Below, piece by piece: positions 48,601-61,900 of a DNA stretch of 64,000 nt (within the stretch, counting starts at the first letter, position 1; every line of letters starts with the position of its first letter). This DNA comes from Mantamonas sphyraenae STR306. Lineage: Eukaryota > Protista > CRuMs. Position numbers and translations under genes: made by a program. The notes under the pieces were generated by a model. The model was given only the letters and a program-made list of their open reading frames with translations. It did no database searches and had not been told where the DNA came from. The DNA is taken from contig JAPMXV010000059.1 of NCBI GenBank assembly GCA_026936335.1, positions 1 through 64,000 of the forward strand, given 5' to 3'.

Positions 48601-51600
48601 ATGCGATCTGACAACGCGTCCCACACATCGCCCTCGTACATCTGTGTCCTCTGCGAAACAAGGTGCTCCAGGTACACACAGTGGCTGTGTGTGAATCCCC
48701 GCCAGTCCATGTACGCATGCACCACGGCTTCTGCAATGTTTGGATGATCGCGTGCCACATACACGTCCAACCACTCCTCGTTGCTGCTCTGCCCTCCTCC
48801 CTCGCTGATGCTGTAGTACTTGTGTCCCGCCGCTGTTGTCAGCGTACGAGGGTCACAATGCCAAACCTGCACGACAAACCGCTCCCGCAGCTGATCGGCG
48901 CGTGTGCCATACACATTGTCCCGTGAGTTGTACCCACGCGGTTCCTGCAACTGGCCCATCACACCCTCTTCGCGAACCTCAAGCAGCTCTTGCGCCAGGT
49001 CCGCCAGTGCTGCGCCCACCTCACCCGTGCTCAGTTCACCCACGGGTGACATCGTCTTCACCGTTGGGTGCACCGTTGCCAATTCCCGGGCATGTGCCAC
49101 CGCATCCAACATTGCCCGAAATTCGCGCCGGTGTTCAAATCGCACCTCGTTGCGCTCTGCATCGTCCTTGAAAACCTCAAACATGCGCGGCTGGTTCAGA
49201 TTGCTCAGCACGCCCTTGTCACGCAGCAAGCGCAGACGTGACATCACTTCGGCTCGCTCACGCAGTGTGCAATTGATGCCAATCTCGTGCTGGTCGCCAC
49301 TCACATTGTCTGGACCCTCGGTGGATCCCGACAGTGGTTCCCATCCCGCAGTGCCACCCACTCGTTCCCCCGTCACCTCACTGCAAGCGGCCAACATCTC
49401 TGACACCAGTGCCGGTGCGTCGACTTCGTCAAAGTCGATGGAGCTCTCGTTGGGCCTGTAGTTCAGCACCGATCGGTCGCTCTTGCTCTCAAACACACTG
49501 TACGCCACTGGTTTGTGCAGCTGCGCCAACAGGCCTGGTGCATACCCTTGCACGGGCCCGTACTGGCGTGTCAGGTGCCGATCCAGCCGCGACAGATCCT
49601 CGCGTGAGGGTACCAGAAAGTGGCCTTCGGTGTCCTCTTCCATGTCGTCCAGACGGGTTGGCGCCGGGCTGGCACGCAAGGAAACATGTGCAGATGCGGT
49701 CGAGTAAACCGACATGGGAGTGGCACGTCCGTCCAGCTGGCGACGCCATTTGGGCACCGGTCCACCGCCGTCGTCCAGTTGCTGCAAGGCATCACGCAGC
49801 TTCTGTGTGCGTTCCTCGTGCTCCTTGTCCATGAGAGCCACTGTGTCTTCCACGGGAGTCACGGGCACATCTTCGCACAAGGCCATGAACCGTTGTACCT
49901 CGGGGCGTGCCATCAGCCCCACGGGTCCTGCGGGGCGCAGATTGGTGCCGTACAAGTTTAGGTTGCTCATGGTCGGGTCGACGTTGACCCACGCTCGAAA
50001 GTCGTTGAAGTTGGCCCAACTCATGGACAGGAAGCGTTCGATGAGCTCCGGGTGCACGTGTCGATAGTCGGCCACGGTTTCCACCGCAAACACGTGAAAG
50101 TCTGCTCTGTTCTGTCCCTCGATGCCCAGGCGATCAATGTACTGGCGCAGTTCGGTGCGTTGGGCATTGGGCAGCTTGCGCATGTGGCCGTTGTAACGCA
50201 TGGTGCAGTTGTGCAGCACCACCCCATTGATCACTGCCCGCAGTTTGTCAAACACCTCTTCGCCGTTCTCCATCACAAACCACCGCTTGCCTGCGTCCGA
50301 GTACGAATGGCGCTGTGTGATCTCGGTCAGGCTGTCCACCGCATCCTCCACGCCCACTCGCTCCACAAACTCGTCCACGTTGACAAACACAATGCCGTCG
50401 TACAGATCCCGCTGCGAGTGGTGGTCTCGCTGGGCCATCAGGTCGTCCACCACTGAATCCAGCGTGTGCATCGACAGTCCCATCCCTTCGCTCAGCCGAC
50501 CCGTCGAATCCTCCATGCCCAGGAAGGCGGTGTTGTCCACCGACCTGCCCGAGCTCATCAGCCGCTCCATTTCCTCATCCTCCACCGTGAACGAATCCAC
50601 ACTGAACACAGAACTGTCCGATTCCCGTCGCATGTCCTTTCGCTTGCCCCTGCGGTCCAGATTGTCCAGCATGGCCAGCGAGCTCGTCGATTCCAACGGC
50701 TGCGGGCTGAGTCGTCCCGAATACTTGGATCCGTGTTCGCTCAGTCGTGTCTGTAGCAACGATCCTTGGCCGCCCAGCACACTCACCACTGCGTCCGAAT
50801 CCTCACGCTCTTCCAACAGAGCCAGTAGGCCCTGCCGCTTCGTGGATGCGTTCTTGCGCATTGTGGCTCGACGCAGACTCATCTTTGACTCGCCCTCCTT
50901 GCCACCACTGCCACCACTGCCACTTGCCACACTGTGGGTGGGTGACAGCACGGACGGTTCGGGGCTACGGAACATGCCCACTTCGTGGCTTGTTGTGGAA
51001 CTCAGCCTGCTCATCTCCAGCGACTCGTACTCGTCGTTGCCAGATGTGCTTCCACGTCGCTGCTTGCGCTTGCCCTGCAGCATGGCACCCAGGCCCTTGG
51101 CTTCCTCGCTGAGGTGACTGGAATCGTGGGTGCCACTCAGGCGGATGTGCTTCAGGTCGACAATGGCCAACAGGTGCTTCTTGGCATAGCGACGGTGTTT
51201 CACAGACATGCCCTTTTGCATGCTGGGGTCCACTGCAAGCATGTCGTACCTGCCCAACAGGTCTTTCTCGTCGGTGGTGAGCGTGTCATGGAACCTGCCG
51301 CGGTACAGGGCAAAGGAGCGCACGTCAAAGGTCTCTGCACGCATGGCACTGAGACCACGTGGCTGGGCCACAATGTCCAAGAGGCCACTTTCCACCTTGC
51401 TGCTGTCCACCACGGTGTACAGGGAACCCTGGCGCAAACGCAGGAAGCGAACGATGAACCACAGGATGCCTGCAGCCACCATGGCACCCACCACATACTG
51501 TGGGTTGTCCAGCAGCACCTGGTACCAGGGGGGAGGAGGCACACCGGGGGGAGGCACAGGCTCACAACGCGGGCCACGGTGACCCACGCGACAAACACAG

Positions 51601-54600
51601 GTGCCACGCAGACAAAAGCCACCCTCGCCACAGGACCAAGGGCATCCGTAGGGCACAACGGTAAAGTTGAATGGCGAGCCGGGGATGGACACGCCGTCCA
51701 GAGTGACGTCTGCGTAAAAGGTGCCACGCACATCCCATGCAGTCAACACATCCACTGTGTACTCACTGTCATTGTGACGCGGTCCCACCAGCTGCAACTT
51801 GCCATCCAAAGCAGTCTGGGTGGCTTCGGTGACGGCGCGTGCGGCTGTGCGAACGGCTGCAGTTGGGGCTTCCGGAAGCAGGCGGATGGCAAAGTTGAGA
51901 CCGGGCACGTTGCGGTAACCCTGGCCTGAAGGATGGACCACATAGATGTGCAACTGTTGCAAGACACCCGCACGGATGGTGGCACGTCCTTCGGTGCCCA
52001 CCTCCATGTGATCCCGACGAACAGGCAGGTATTCCACAGGCACATCCACAGGCACCACACGTTTGCGCTGAACCTGGTCCATGGTCACCCACGCCGTCAC
52101 GTCAGGACCGTAGAACTCACGTCGGATGCTGGGCGATGGAAGCACAGCCACTCCTGTGATGGGCACCACACATTCGCGGGTGCCCTGCACCTCCACCTGC
52201 ACATGCGTCAACAGCGCCGTCCCATTGAAGGGTTCGTACAGAAGCTCCACTGAGGGCCGGCATGAGTCCAGGGCCATGCGAGCAAGGAACTTTTCCGTCA
52301 TGTGTTGCTGCTTCTCGCACTTGAGGGGAAATGTGGTGAACTGCATCAGTTCGTCCACAATGGCCTCCACCCACAGGGAGAGCAGACTGGCACGGCGTCC
52401 CTCCCATGGGAACACCACCAGGTTGGCTTGATGGAACATGTATCCGTCGTGGTCGAACCACAGGAGATTCGGAGCCAGCTGGTTGCGTTCCCTGGTCAGC
52501 AGACCATCCATTCCCTGGCGTCCCAGTTGCGCCTCGTAGCGGAAGTTGTACTGGTCCAGGTTCTCCTTGGGTGTGCCTGCGTTGTAGTAGATTTCTGTCG
52601 GGTAGCGAGGGATGATGAGGGTGCCATCGGCGCCGTTGAATTGCTGGGTTGTGTACAGTGCATGGTGGCGGTTTGTGGCACGCAGCTCATTGCGTGTGTT
52701 GTCTCCCACCGCATAGATGATGCCATGTTGTTGCAATCCACGCAAAGCATCGCCGTTGAGCAGACCGGAAATCACCGGTGTTACGATGCATCGTTCGCTC
52801 CACGTCCAGCATCGCTCCCTCAGTTCCGGGTCTGTGTCCAAGTCGGCCCACCGTGTGCCACATCCCAGACCGTCATAGAACACGTCTGCATGCACCTGGT
52901 TCTTGTAGATCTCACACGCGGCATCCTCCAACCGCGTCGGCTTGCCCTCGCAGTCGGTGCATCCCGTGCACAGAGTCGGGTTCTGATCCGCCACTGTCAG
53001 TGACAAGTGGGTGTAGGTGTGTGTCAACCAGTAAAAGTTCTCGCGCAGGGCACGGGACACACGAAACAGCTCGTCGGCTTCCCACTCGGTCTTGTTCTTG
53101 CCAGTGCCCAGACCATTGAATGGCAGCTCAATGCGGTAGGTGGAGTTTGCGGGCATCACACGCGTGCGCATGTGTTCCTGCCACTCCAGATGCCAGCGCA
53201 TGTCATCGCCTGTGGCCCTGCGTGTAGGCGCCGTCTGTCCAGGCAGTGAAAAGATGCCCGTGGACAGGAAGTGGTCGTCCATCTGTGTGATCAAGTACTG
53301 CCTGCGCACACCAACAAAGCGCCCACCGCTGCTGGCAAAGTTCCACAGAAGTCCCATCAACACCGGTCCACTCTTGTCGAAAATGGCTGGCAGCGCATGC
53401 ATGTGCAGGGTCTCTCCGCCCAGGTCGTCGGTGTGCAACGTCACCGCGGGACGGTCGCCCCAGTTGCGATACGTCATCAGCACACGCACGCTGGATGGGT
53501 CGGTCACACGGCCCACAAAGTAGTAGCTTGTGGGCAGAGGCACGGTGAGGTTGGCCTTGTAGCCTGCACCCATCACTCGATGGCCCTCTTCGGTCAATCC
53601 CAACCACGTGGCATTGTTCTGACCGCCTGCAGGAAACCCGGGGTCGTTCTCCATGCCCATGTCCGCCGAGGGTTGCGACACCACACTCACGGTGGGAATG
53701 TTCCACTTGGCACAGTATGTGCGCAGGGCATCACGCAAACCAGGTGTCATGCCAGCCACAAACTCGCCGGTGGGATCGGCATAGCCCAGCGTCCATGAGG
53801 TCATCATCACCGCAGAGTACAACGGTGCCCCGTCGTCAGAACGGGTCAGATTAAACGTGGTTGCGTCGGGCAACGGCACGCCTGCCGCTGTGGCCATGCA
53901 TCGCTTCTCGTACGGCACTGCCAGCGACATCAGCAACCGCTCAATGATCTCCAGACCCGTGTCACTTGCGGCACCCGTGGCACACAGCACCAGCACCTTC
54001 TGTACACGTGGAGGGTGCACCACACGCACCACAGTTTCGTTGCGCACACGCACTGTGAATGGCGATCCTGCCACCGCCTGTCCGTCCATGCGCACGTCCA
54101 AGGTGACGTTTGTGCGATCGTGCGTGCGCACAAACGAGTAGCGATACACGCCGCCCTGCACAGAGTCCGGGGTCAGGTCCAACCCATCCGGTTGGAGCTG
54201 CACACGCAGACGTGGCGACAGTGTGTTGACGTCACGTGTCCCTGGGCCCAGCGGCGAGCCCACAAACAGACTGAAATTGGCGGAAAGGCCCACCACCGCC
54301 TCGGTCAGGCCCGACCCGTTGACAAACACATCGGCGGGTGTCACGGGCAACACACTCTCGTTGACGTTGACTGGAAAGAAGAGGGACTGTGCAGGCTTTG
54401 CGTGCAGCCACGAGGTGTGGTCGGGACCGTACTCTTCCACGTAGGATTGTGCCGAGGGCAACACACGCACACCGGTGACGGGCACCCAACAGTCTCCCGA
54501 TGCGTTGACACGCACACCCATGAGCACGCGGGTCAGGTTGGGGTGGAAGCCAATCTCTGCCGTGGCGTTGCAGGCATCCAGGGCCATGCGACGCAGGTAC

Positions 54601-56398
54601 ATGTCACCCAACACATCCTGCTTGACCGACAGCACCGGAAGCTGCAGGTAGCGAAGGTAGGTGTCGACCACCGCGTCAATCCACAGAGTCAGCAAGGAGG
54701 CACGCGTGGTGTCGTGTGTGTGATTGGCCCGTGTGTAGTTGAACACCACCAGGTTGGCCTGGTGGAACATGTACGGATCATGTCGGAAGGCACCCAGAAT
54801 TTTGTTGAAGTTGCGTGCCTCTCGATCCACAATGTCGGCAATGGTGTCGTTGGCGTACTGCGGGTAGCGAAAGTGGTATTGGTCCTCGTTCTGCACGGGC
54901 AGCGCACAGTCAAAGTAGATTTCTGTGGCGTAGCGTGGGATGATGAACAATCCATCCCATCCGTTGAATGCACGTGTGGTCCACAGGCCATGGTACAGGT
55001 TGGGCGGCACCAATTCGTCGCGGGTGTTGTCTCCAACTGCGTACACCAGACCACGGTCCGTCATGGCTCGAATGGCGTTTGCGTTGAGCAGACCCGAGAT
55101 GCGTGGTGTCACAATGCTCTTGGGCGACCAGGTGTGGCATTGGGGATACTCGGCGCCTGTGTTTGTGCCACAGGGGACTCCGAAAAAGGTGTCCGCCACA
55201 GCCTGGTTGCGTGCCACCTCACAGTACGCCTCCTCGTACCGAGTTGTCAGGTTGTAACATCCCACGGTGCACCCTGTGCAGAACGACTCGGTTTGGTCGT
55301 TGACTGTGAGACTGAGGTGGGAGTACGTGTGGGTGCTCCAGTAAAAGTCGTCGATCATCTCCTTGGACTTGAGGTAGAGCTTGTCGTTGCGTGTGGAAGT
55401 GATGCCAAAGCCATTGAAGGACAGTTCGATGGCAAAGTTGGACCCGGCAGGCAGGCGATGCTGGTTGAGGTGGCGTGTGTAGTTGCGATGCCACTCCATG
55501 TCCTCGGGCGAGCAGCGGTATCGCTCTGTGCCTCGGTCCCGCAACGAGGGTTGCCACACGTTGGTAAAGAGGAAGTAGTCGTCCATGTGTACGTCGAGGA
55601 GGACGCGACGGTAGCCACGGAAGGGAAGTTCGTGGTGGGTCAGGAACTGGAACCACAGGGTGTTGATGGACGCCATGTCGTCTGTGAACGTGTTGAGGTC
55701 AATGAAGCTGTGGAATTGAAGGGATCCTGACACGTTGAGTTGGGTCACAGCCACGTTGACTTCGTCGGGCAGGCCCTGGTACCGGAGCAAAGGCGTGTTT
55801 GTCTCCGGACGCGTGTTGTTGACTTTGTAGTGGAAGGGCTTGTCAAACACCAGAGTGGTGTTACATTGAGCACATCTCGAGTGTATACGCGTGCGTTGGC
55901 AGCATCAAAGGTGAGGTTGAAGGCTGCCTCGCCGGAAAAGATGGAGCGCATGCCAAAGCTCTCCAGGTGGAACGGGTTGGAAGCGAGCACGACACGACGG
56001 GCGCCTGTGGCCCGTTCGAACTGTGCGAGGGTATTGATCATGGCATTGGAGTACAGGTCGGCGTACTGGCCATTGGGACGCTGGTAGCTGAGACGGGGAG
56101 TGGTCATGACAATGGCCTCGTACTTGGGCCTGCCCTGCGGCGTATAGAGTGCAGGGAGGGTCACGGGGGTCACAATGGTCTTGTTGGCGACGTAATGGAA
56201 GTGATCGTAGGGCAGTGCAAGGCCATCGATGATGGCAAGCGCTGCCGTGAGCGAAGGGTCCTGGTCTTCGTCGTTTGTGGCGCTGAGTAGCAGCCACTGA
56301 GTGGGTTCATACGCCATGGTGTCTGGAGACACCTGCGTACCCTCTGTCAGTGCCAAAGCCAGCACCAAGGTGGCTAGAAGAAGCCACAGTGAGCGCAT
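39669..56398 (-). CDS. Giant (~5,580 aa) fusion: signal peptide, 2x Agd3-like CE18 deacetylase, 2x filamin/Ig, EGF-like, TM, degenerate GH114-like barrel, multi-TM region, PH-like domain, GT4 (Gtb3/PelF-like) domain
   Basis: Start MRSLWLLLATLVLALALTEG at 56398, joined to the 5393-aa ORF by a 1-nt deletion at ~55862. Agd3-type motifs occur twice (MDDxFL, HTY(S/T)H, SGLLN, GDNTR, PRY, YMFHQANL). The C-terminal GT-B motifs include GVPVVCTDIGA. Confidence 0.88.
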
Positions 56399-56607
56399 TT
56401 CTGGGTTTGGGTTTGCTGCGGAGGCGTGGAAGGAGTTCCGGACGTACCGAAAGCAAAAACGCCTGCGCAACGACAAACGGGCCCAGGGACCGACAACAGT
56501 GAGGAGACACTGGAGGAAACAGCGGGGAAATGGATGCGTAGGCAGCGAATGAGTGTGGGAGGGATGTGGGATGAGAGAGAGAGTGGCGCCGAGGGAGCCA
56601 TCAAGAC

Positions 56608-56696
56608 ATGTTTTCTCGTTTGGGCGGCAGCAGCAGACGAGGTGGGAGTGTGATGGGTGGGAGGGTGACATGGGCGTGGTCGGAAGGAAAGCGAAT

Positions 56697-56733
<37 letters not shown>

Positions 56734-57696
56734 GGGGCAGGGGGCATGCGTGAGCTGACGGGCAAGGGACTGATCACGGTGGGGGCGGAGGTGGATGAAG
56801 AGGAACACTGGCCGGTGGTTGTGCGTCGGCCAGTGTCGTGGTCAGAGATGGATGCGATGCAACATGTGTCCAACACACGATACTACAACTGGATTGAGAT
56901 GGCACGTGTGAAACACCTGGTGAAGAGTGGCCTGGCCAACACCAAGGACGTGGGGTTTGTGATTGCCGACTCGTCGGTGTCGTTCCTACAGCAGACCCGA
57001 TGGCCCGACGTGGCATACATCAAGTCCCGGGTGTCCCACATGGACGGGAAGAAGGTTGTGTTTGAGTATGCGGTGGACACGGAGCGGGTGGGTCGCGTGG
57101 CAGTGGGCCATGCGCTGGGGTTGGTGTGGGACGTGAAGAACAACCGGACCATGGAAGTCACCGACGAAATCCGACAACAGGTGTTGGCTCTGGAGGCACC
57201 ACGACAGGTGAACCAGGAGCCAGGAAGTGTGGAGTATGTTGCAGACGTACAGGGGCTGGAGGACGAGGAGGCGTGGAACTTCTCTGTGGACTACGAAGTG
57301 GAGTGGGGCATGCAGGACGCCCTGCAGCATGTGAACAACGTGCAATACGTGCGTTGGATGATGGATGCCCAGTTGGAGTATGGCACGGCGGTGGGATTCA
57401 TGATGCCAGGCACCGTGTTTGACAAGGAGGGCAACGGCATTGTGGCACGCTGGAGTCACTGCCGTTTCCACCACCCTGTGTCCTACCCTGACGTGATTAC
57501 TGTGCATGCACGTGCAGGTCACATGAGCAACCGTACAGCCACTCTGGAGGTGCGCATGTGCAGTCAGGCCACGGGCAAGCTGGTGGCGTCCGGCAGGGTC
57601 ACCGGCGTCTACTTCAATGTCAAGACCCAGCAAGGGGTCAGCATTCCCCAGGAGCATCGTGATCTTGTGTCTGAGTTTGAAGGACGGCCATTGTGA
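56608..57696 (+). CDS. Double hot-dog acyl-CoA thioesterase (4HBT/YbgC-like), probable mitochondrial presequence
   Basis: Two copies of the motif: VSWSEMDAMQHVSNTRYYNWIE and VEWGMQDALQHVNNVQYVRWMM. N-terminus MFSRLGGSSRR. Confidence 0.9.
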
Positions 57697-57771
57697 TGAT
57701 GGGAGTGATGAGGATGGAGGGTGGGTGGGGGGATGCGCAGGTGCAACAAACACACACACACACACACACAA

Positions 57772-58860
57772 ATGTCCACCAACGACGACTTGGCTGACGA
57801 AATCCAGCAGACTCTGCAGAAGATCTACGAGACCCGAACAGAGATTGTGGAGGTGCGCAACTCTGGGGATGCCGATGCGGACAAGCAGCTCAAGGCAAAG
57901 ATCCGAGTGCTGAACAAACTGGAGGGAAAGCTGAAGGAGCAGCGCCAGGAGGAACTGGAACGCTTTGAAGAGTCGCTGGACTTGGGCCAGTTGAACCTGT
58001 TTGGCAGTGTCAAGGGCACCACTCTGGCGGTGGCTGGTAGGTGGCGATTGAGAGTGTGGGCAAGGGCAAGGAACGGGAGGCGGAAGGAGAAGAAATGGCC
58101 CACAAAGACGACGTGGCACACCAAATCCACAAACACTCACACACAGAGACACACACACACACCCTGCGCGGAACACACCCACCAGACAAGACAATCAACT
58201 CACCGTACAAGGTGGGTGGGCCCAGCAACAGCGAGGTGATTGCCAAGCTGGACTTTGCACTGGCGTCCAAGAACGACGAGGAGGATGACGACGACGACGA
58301 GCCTCCGTTTATCCGCACCAAGAGCACCAAGACACTGAGCGGACAGAGTGGTCAGCAAAAGTGGCACTCGCTGATGAAGATGTTCAAGGAGTGGAAGCAC
58401 CAGGAGCGTGTGAACAACGCCAACGAGCTGTACGTGTGTGTGTCTGCTTTCCCGCCGATTGTGTCCCGTGCAAAAGATCTGCCCCGTAGGCCACCAGTTC
58501 TGGATTCACGGCCATGTGGAGCGAGTGTCGGGTTGCGTGGTGGGGTGGGGAATGGAGATGCATGGGCCTGTGTGGCCATGGTTGGACGTATCGGGAGGCG
58601 GTGGCGGGTTTGTGTGAAGGCCGGTGCTTTTTGGGCTTGAGAGAGAGAGGGGGAAAACGGCTGAAGATCACTCACACACACTCCCACACACACACACGCA
58701 CACACACGCACACAGGTTGGAGTCCAAGACAAAACTGGAGCAGGAAGAAAAGGCAACCCTGCGTGCAGCCATTCACTCGCTGCGACAGCGCAAGACGCTG
58801 ACGACGGACGAGGAAATGCTGCTGGAGCAGTACCAGCAGAAGCTCAAGGTGATGTCTTGA
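57772..58860 (+). CDS. Hypothetical coiled-coil protein
   Basis: MSTNDDLADEIQQ.., apparent frameshift at ~58040, intron 58430-58715 (GTACGT..CAG), ending LLEQYQQKLKVMS*. No family recognised. Confidence 0.6.
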
Positions 58861-58988
58861 GCAGGACCAAACGCAGGGGGGGGAGGGGAGGGGAGGTGGG
58901 AAACACAACATGGATGGAGCAACAGAGACAATGAATGAATGGATCGTTACTCGTCATGACACCCACCCACCCAACAAAAACGACAAAA

Positions 58989-61900
58989 ATGGAGAAGCGG
59001 CGAGTGTGGGCTGCGGCAGCGTTGCTTGCTGTGGCGTCCTTGGCCGTGTTGACGGTGTTGTATGGCACGGGATCAGTGTTGGAGATGGACAGTGCAGGGG
59101 AGATGGAGAGCAGGAAGGGCCCCGATGGCGATGGAAGGCAAGAGATGATGGGCAACGGGGCAGGTGGGGAGGGGGTGAAGGAAGGCAAAACGCAGGTTCA
59201 ACGGCCGAGGAGCCAGTTCACAGGTGTATCCACGACGATGTGGTGGCCAAACGCATGCTGGGTGCACCTGTGTATGTGCACGAGAACAAGCACATGAGCA
59301 CACAGGAGTGGGAAGAGTGGCGTAGCAGCAAGGCAGGCATGGAGGCACGTGCAAACAAACGCGCGCCGGAGCCCATCCGCATCCGCTTCGATACGTCGCT
59401 GTTGGACAACGATCCCAACCGCACATGCACGACAGCAGGACAGAACTACAAGATTGGCAGTCCAGCAGGGCCTGGATTGTCACCCACATGTGGAGGCAGC
59501 ACCACAAGCGATTGCTGGGGGTTGTGCACTGCAGACGACGTGTTGACGCCTGCCAAACGCACCCAATTCCTAAACACCACCCTGAGTGATGCCACCACAT
59601 GGTTGAGTGGGGCATTGCGTGTGGAACGTGTGCCAGGCACCCATCTGACCCTGGCCAATGGCAACTGTGGGTCCCCCGGGTCGTTTGCCATCCCGTCCTC
59701 ACGCGTCTCACCAGGCACAACCGACGCAGACCTGCTCATCTTCCTGACCGCCCGCCCTGCAGTGGGATCGACAGTGGCGTATGCGTCTGATTGCAACCAG
59801 TTTGACACCCATGGTCGTCCTGTGGTGGGACACTTCAACATCAATCCCAACCGGGTGGTGGTGTCCCCCACAGCACTTGTGCGACACCAGCAAAAGGCTG
59901 TGGCCATCCATGAGATCACCCACATTCTGGGGTTTGTCAATGGCAGGTACAACAACTTCCGCGACGGATCAGGCAATCTGATTCCCCAGAGCAGCGTGGT
60001 GGTCAGCAGCACACACAACAGTCACACCGTGTACAAGATCATCAGCAGCAATGCACGTGCATGGGCACGCACACACATCGACTGTGCCACCCTGGATGGC
60101 GTCCAGTTGGAAGACCAGGGAGGCGCAGGCACCGCAAACTCCCACTGGGAACAACGTCTGTACTACAACGACTACATGAGTGGGTCCATCTTCAGCAACC
60201 CGGTGCTGTCTGGTCTCACCCTCTCCCTCCTCCAGGACATGGGCTTCTACTACCCGGATTTCACGTACGAAGGCATCCAAACGCTGGCCTGGGGACGCAA
60301 GCAGGGCTGCGACTGGGCCACCCAACGCTGTGACAGCACGTCGTCCTGGTCGACTGCCCTGGGATACCGATGCACATTGGCAGACAGTGGCGTGCAGGGC
60401 TGCTCTGTGGATCGGGAGAGCAAGGCCACGTGCAGCATTGTCACGTACCCTCCTTCCACCATCCCATCCTACTTCCAGTACTTTGCCAACGCCCAATTGG
60501 GAGGTGGCCAACAGTTTGCAGACTTTTGTCCCCACCAGACGGCGTATGCAAGTGGCAACTGCCGGGAACCCACCAATCGCAACTCGCAGTCCTACCTGTA
60601 TGGCGAGGACTTTTGTGCCCATTGTCGATGCTACTCTTCGTCGCTGTTGGATGTGCGTGCCGTGTTTAGCACGTCTGCACGTCCGCGATGCCATGAAGAA
60701 CGATGCCTGGCCAGCGACGAGTTGCAGGTGGGAGTCAACGGGGTGTGGTACACATGTCCCCAGGCGGGGGGAGCCCTGTCTGTGTTTGGTTTCACAGGCA
60801 GTGTGACATGTCCCACGGCAGCACAGGCCTGTGGGGACTTTGCCATCCCTGCGTCGGTGAGTCCCACCCTGCCTGCGGTGACCTCTGTGTTTCCGGCCAA
60901 GGGACCCAGCAATGGATTGGAAGTGGTGACACTGGCCGGGGTGCGATTCCACACGGGAATGAGTGTGGACATTGGTGGGGTGCCATGCACGAATCTCAAC
61001 GTCGAGTCGAGCACGCAGGCCACATGCATCACGGGAGCCAAGACGGGCCTGACCACAGCCACCAACGTGGACGTGGTGGTGACACACAACGCCGCGTTGA
61101 ACTACCAGACAGTGCGACGCAATGCGTACCAGTACGACCCGACCTTTCCCACGTTTACGCGCATTTTCCCCACGGGAGGCCCCACGGCAGGAGGCACCCC
61201 GGTGACACTGTTTGGCACGGCCTTCTCCGAGGTGGGCAGCACATACGTGACACTGGCAGGACTGCAGTGCAGCAACACCACCGTGTTGGACTCGACACGC
61301 ATCCGTTGCTTCACCCCAGACACAAACACCACAGCCATCACCAATGCCGACCTTGTCATCACCGATGCCACAGGTCGCATCCTGCAGAGCAACGGTGCGT
61401 ACACGTTTGACAACGCATGGCCACGCATCACAGCAGTCAGTCCTGCTGTGGGACCGCCGCAAGGACGAGGGGTGGTGACATTGACCGGGGTCGGACTGCG
61501 TGGCGATGGACCTGTCACTGCCCAGGTGGGTGACTTTGCATGTACCAACCCACAGTGGCTGCCTGGTGGCAGTCAGGTGCGATGCAACACCCCGCCGGCG
61601 GTGAACCTGGCTTCGTTGACACACACCCACGCCTACGTGGAAGATGCCAGTGGACGTGCAGCAGCCGGACCCTTTGTGTACACGTACGACCCAGCGTGGG
61701 TGGACTTTGACAATCTGCAGCCACCCACGGGCCCGTCGTTGCCGCAGACGTACTGGACGGTGACACTGACAGGACGCAACTTTGCCACGGGGCCCGAGGC
61801 AGCCAATGTGAGTGTATGGGTGGGTGGACAGGCGTGTCGCAACACACAGGTGTTGTCATCGACACAGTTGACATGTCTGCCTGCACCTGTGAACATCACC

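Noticed and set aside
38948-57696. FMN reductase, ALG8 and thioesterase as members of a polysaccharide gene cluster with the giant gene
   Set aside because: None is a known GAG/Pel component. No epimerase (uge3/PelX) or spherulin-4 (sph3) gene is recognisable in the window, so adjacency alone is not evidence.
3943-59175. About 11 single-base frameshifts (~3950, 5250, 7962, 11570, 13563, 24870, 32116, 33674, 55862, 58040, 59170) as programmed frameshifting, RNA editing or pseudogenisation
   Set aside because: Most lie in homopolymer runs, go in both directions and share no slippery motif. The duplicate copy at ~14857 has the intact G run missing at 13563, and a conserved gene (GCP6) is affected. 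Long-read consensus error is the simplest explanation; short-read polishing would settle it.
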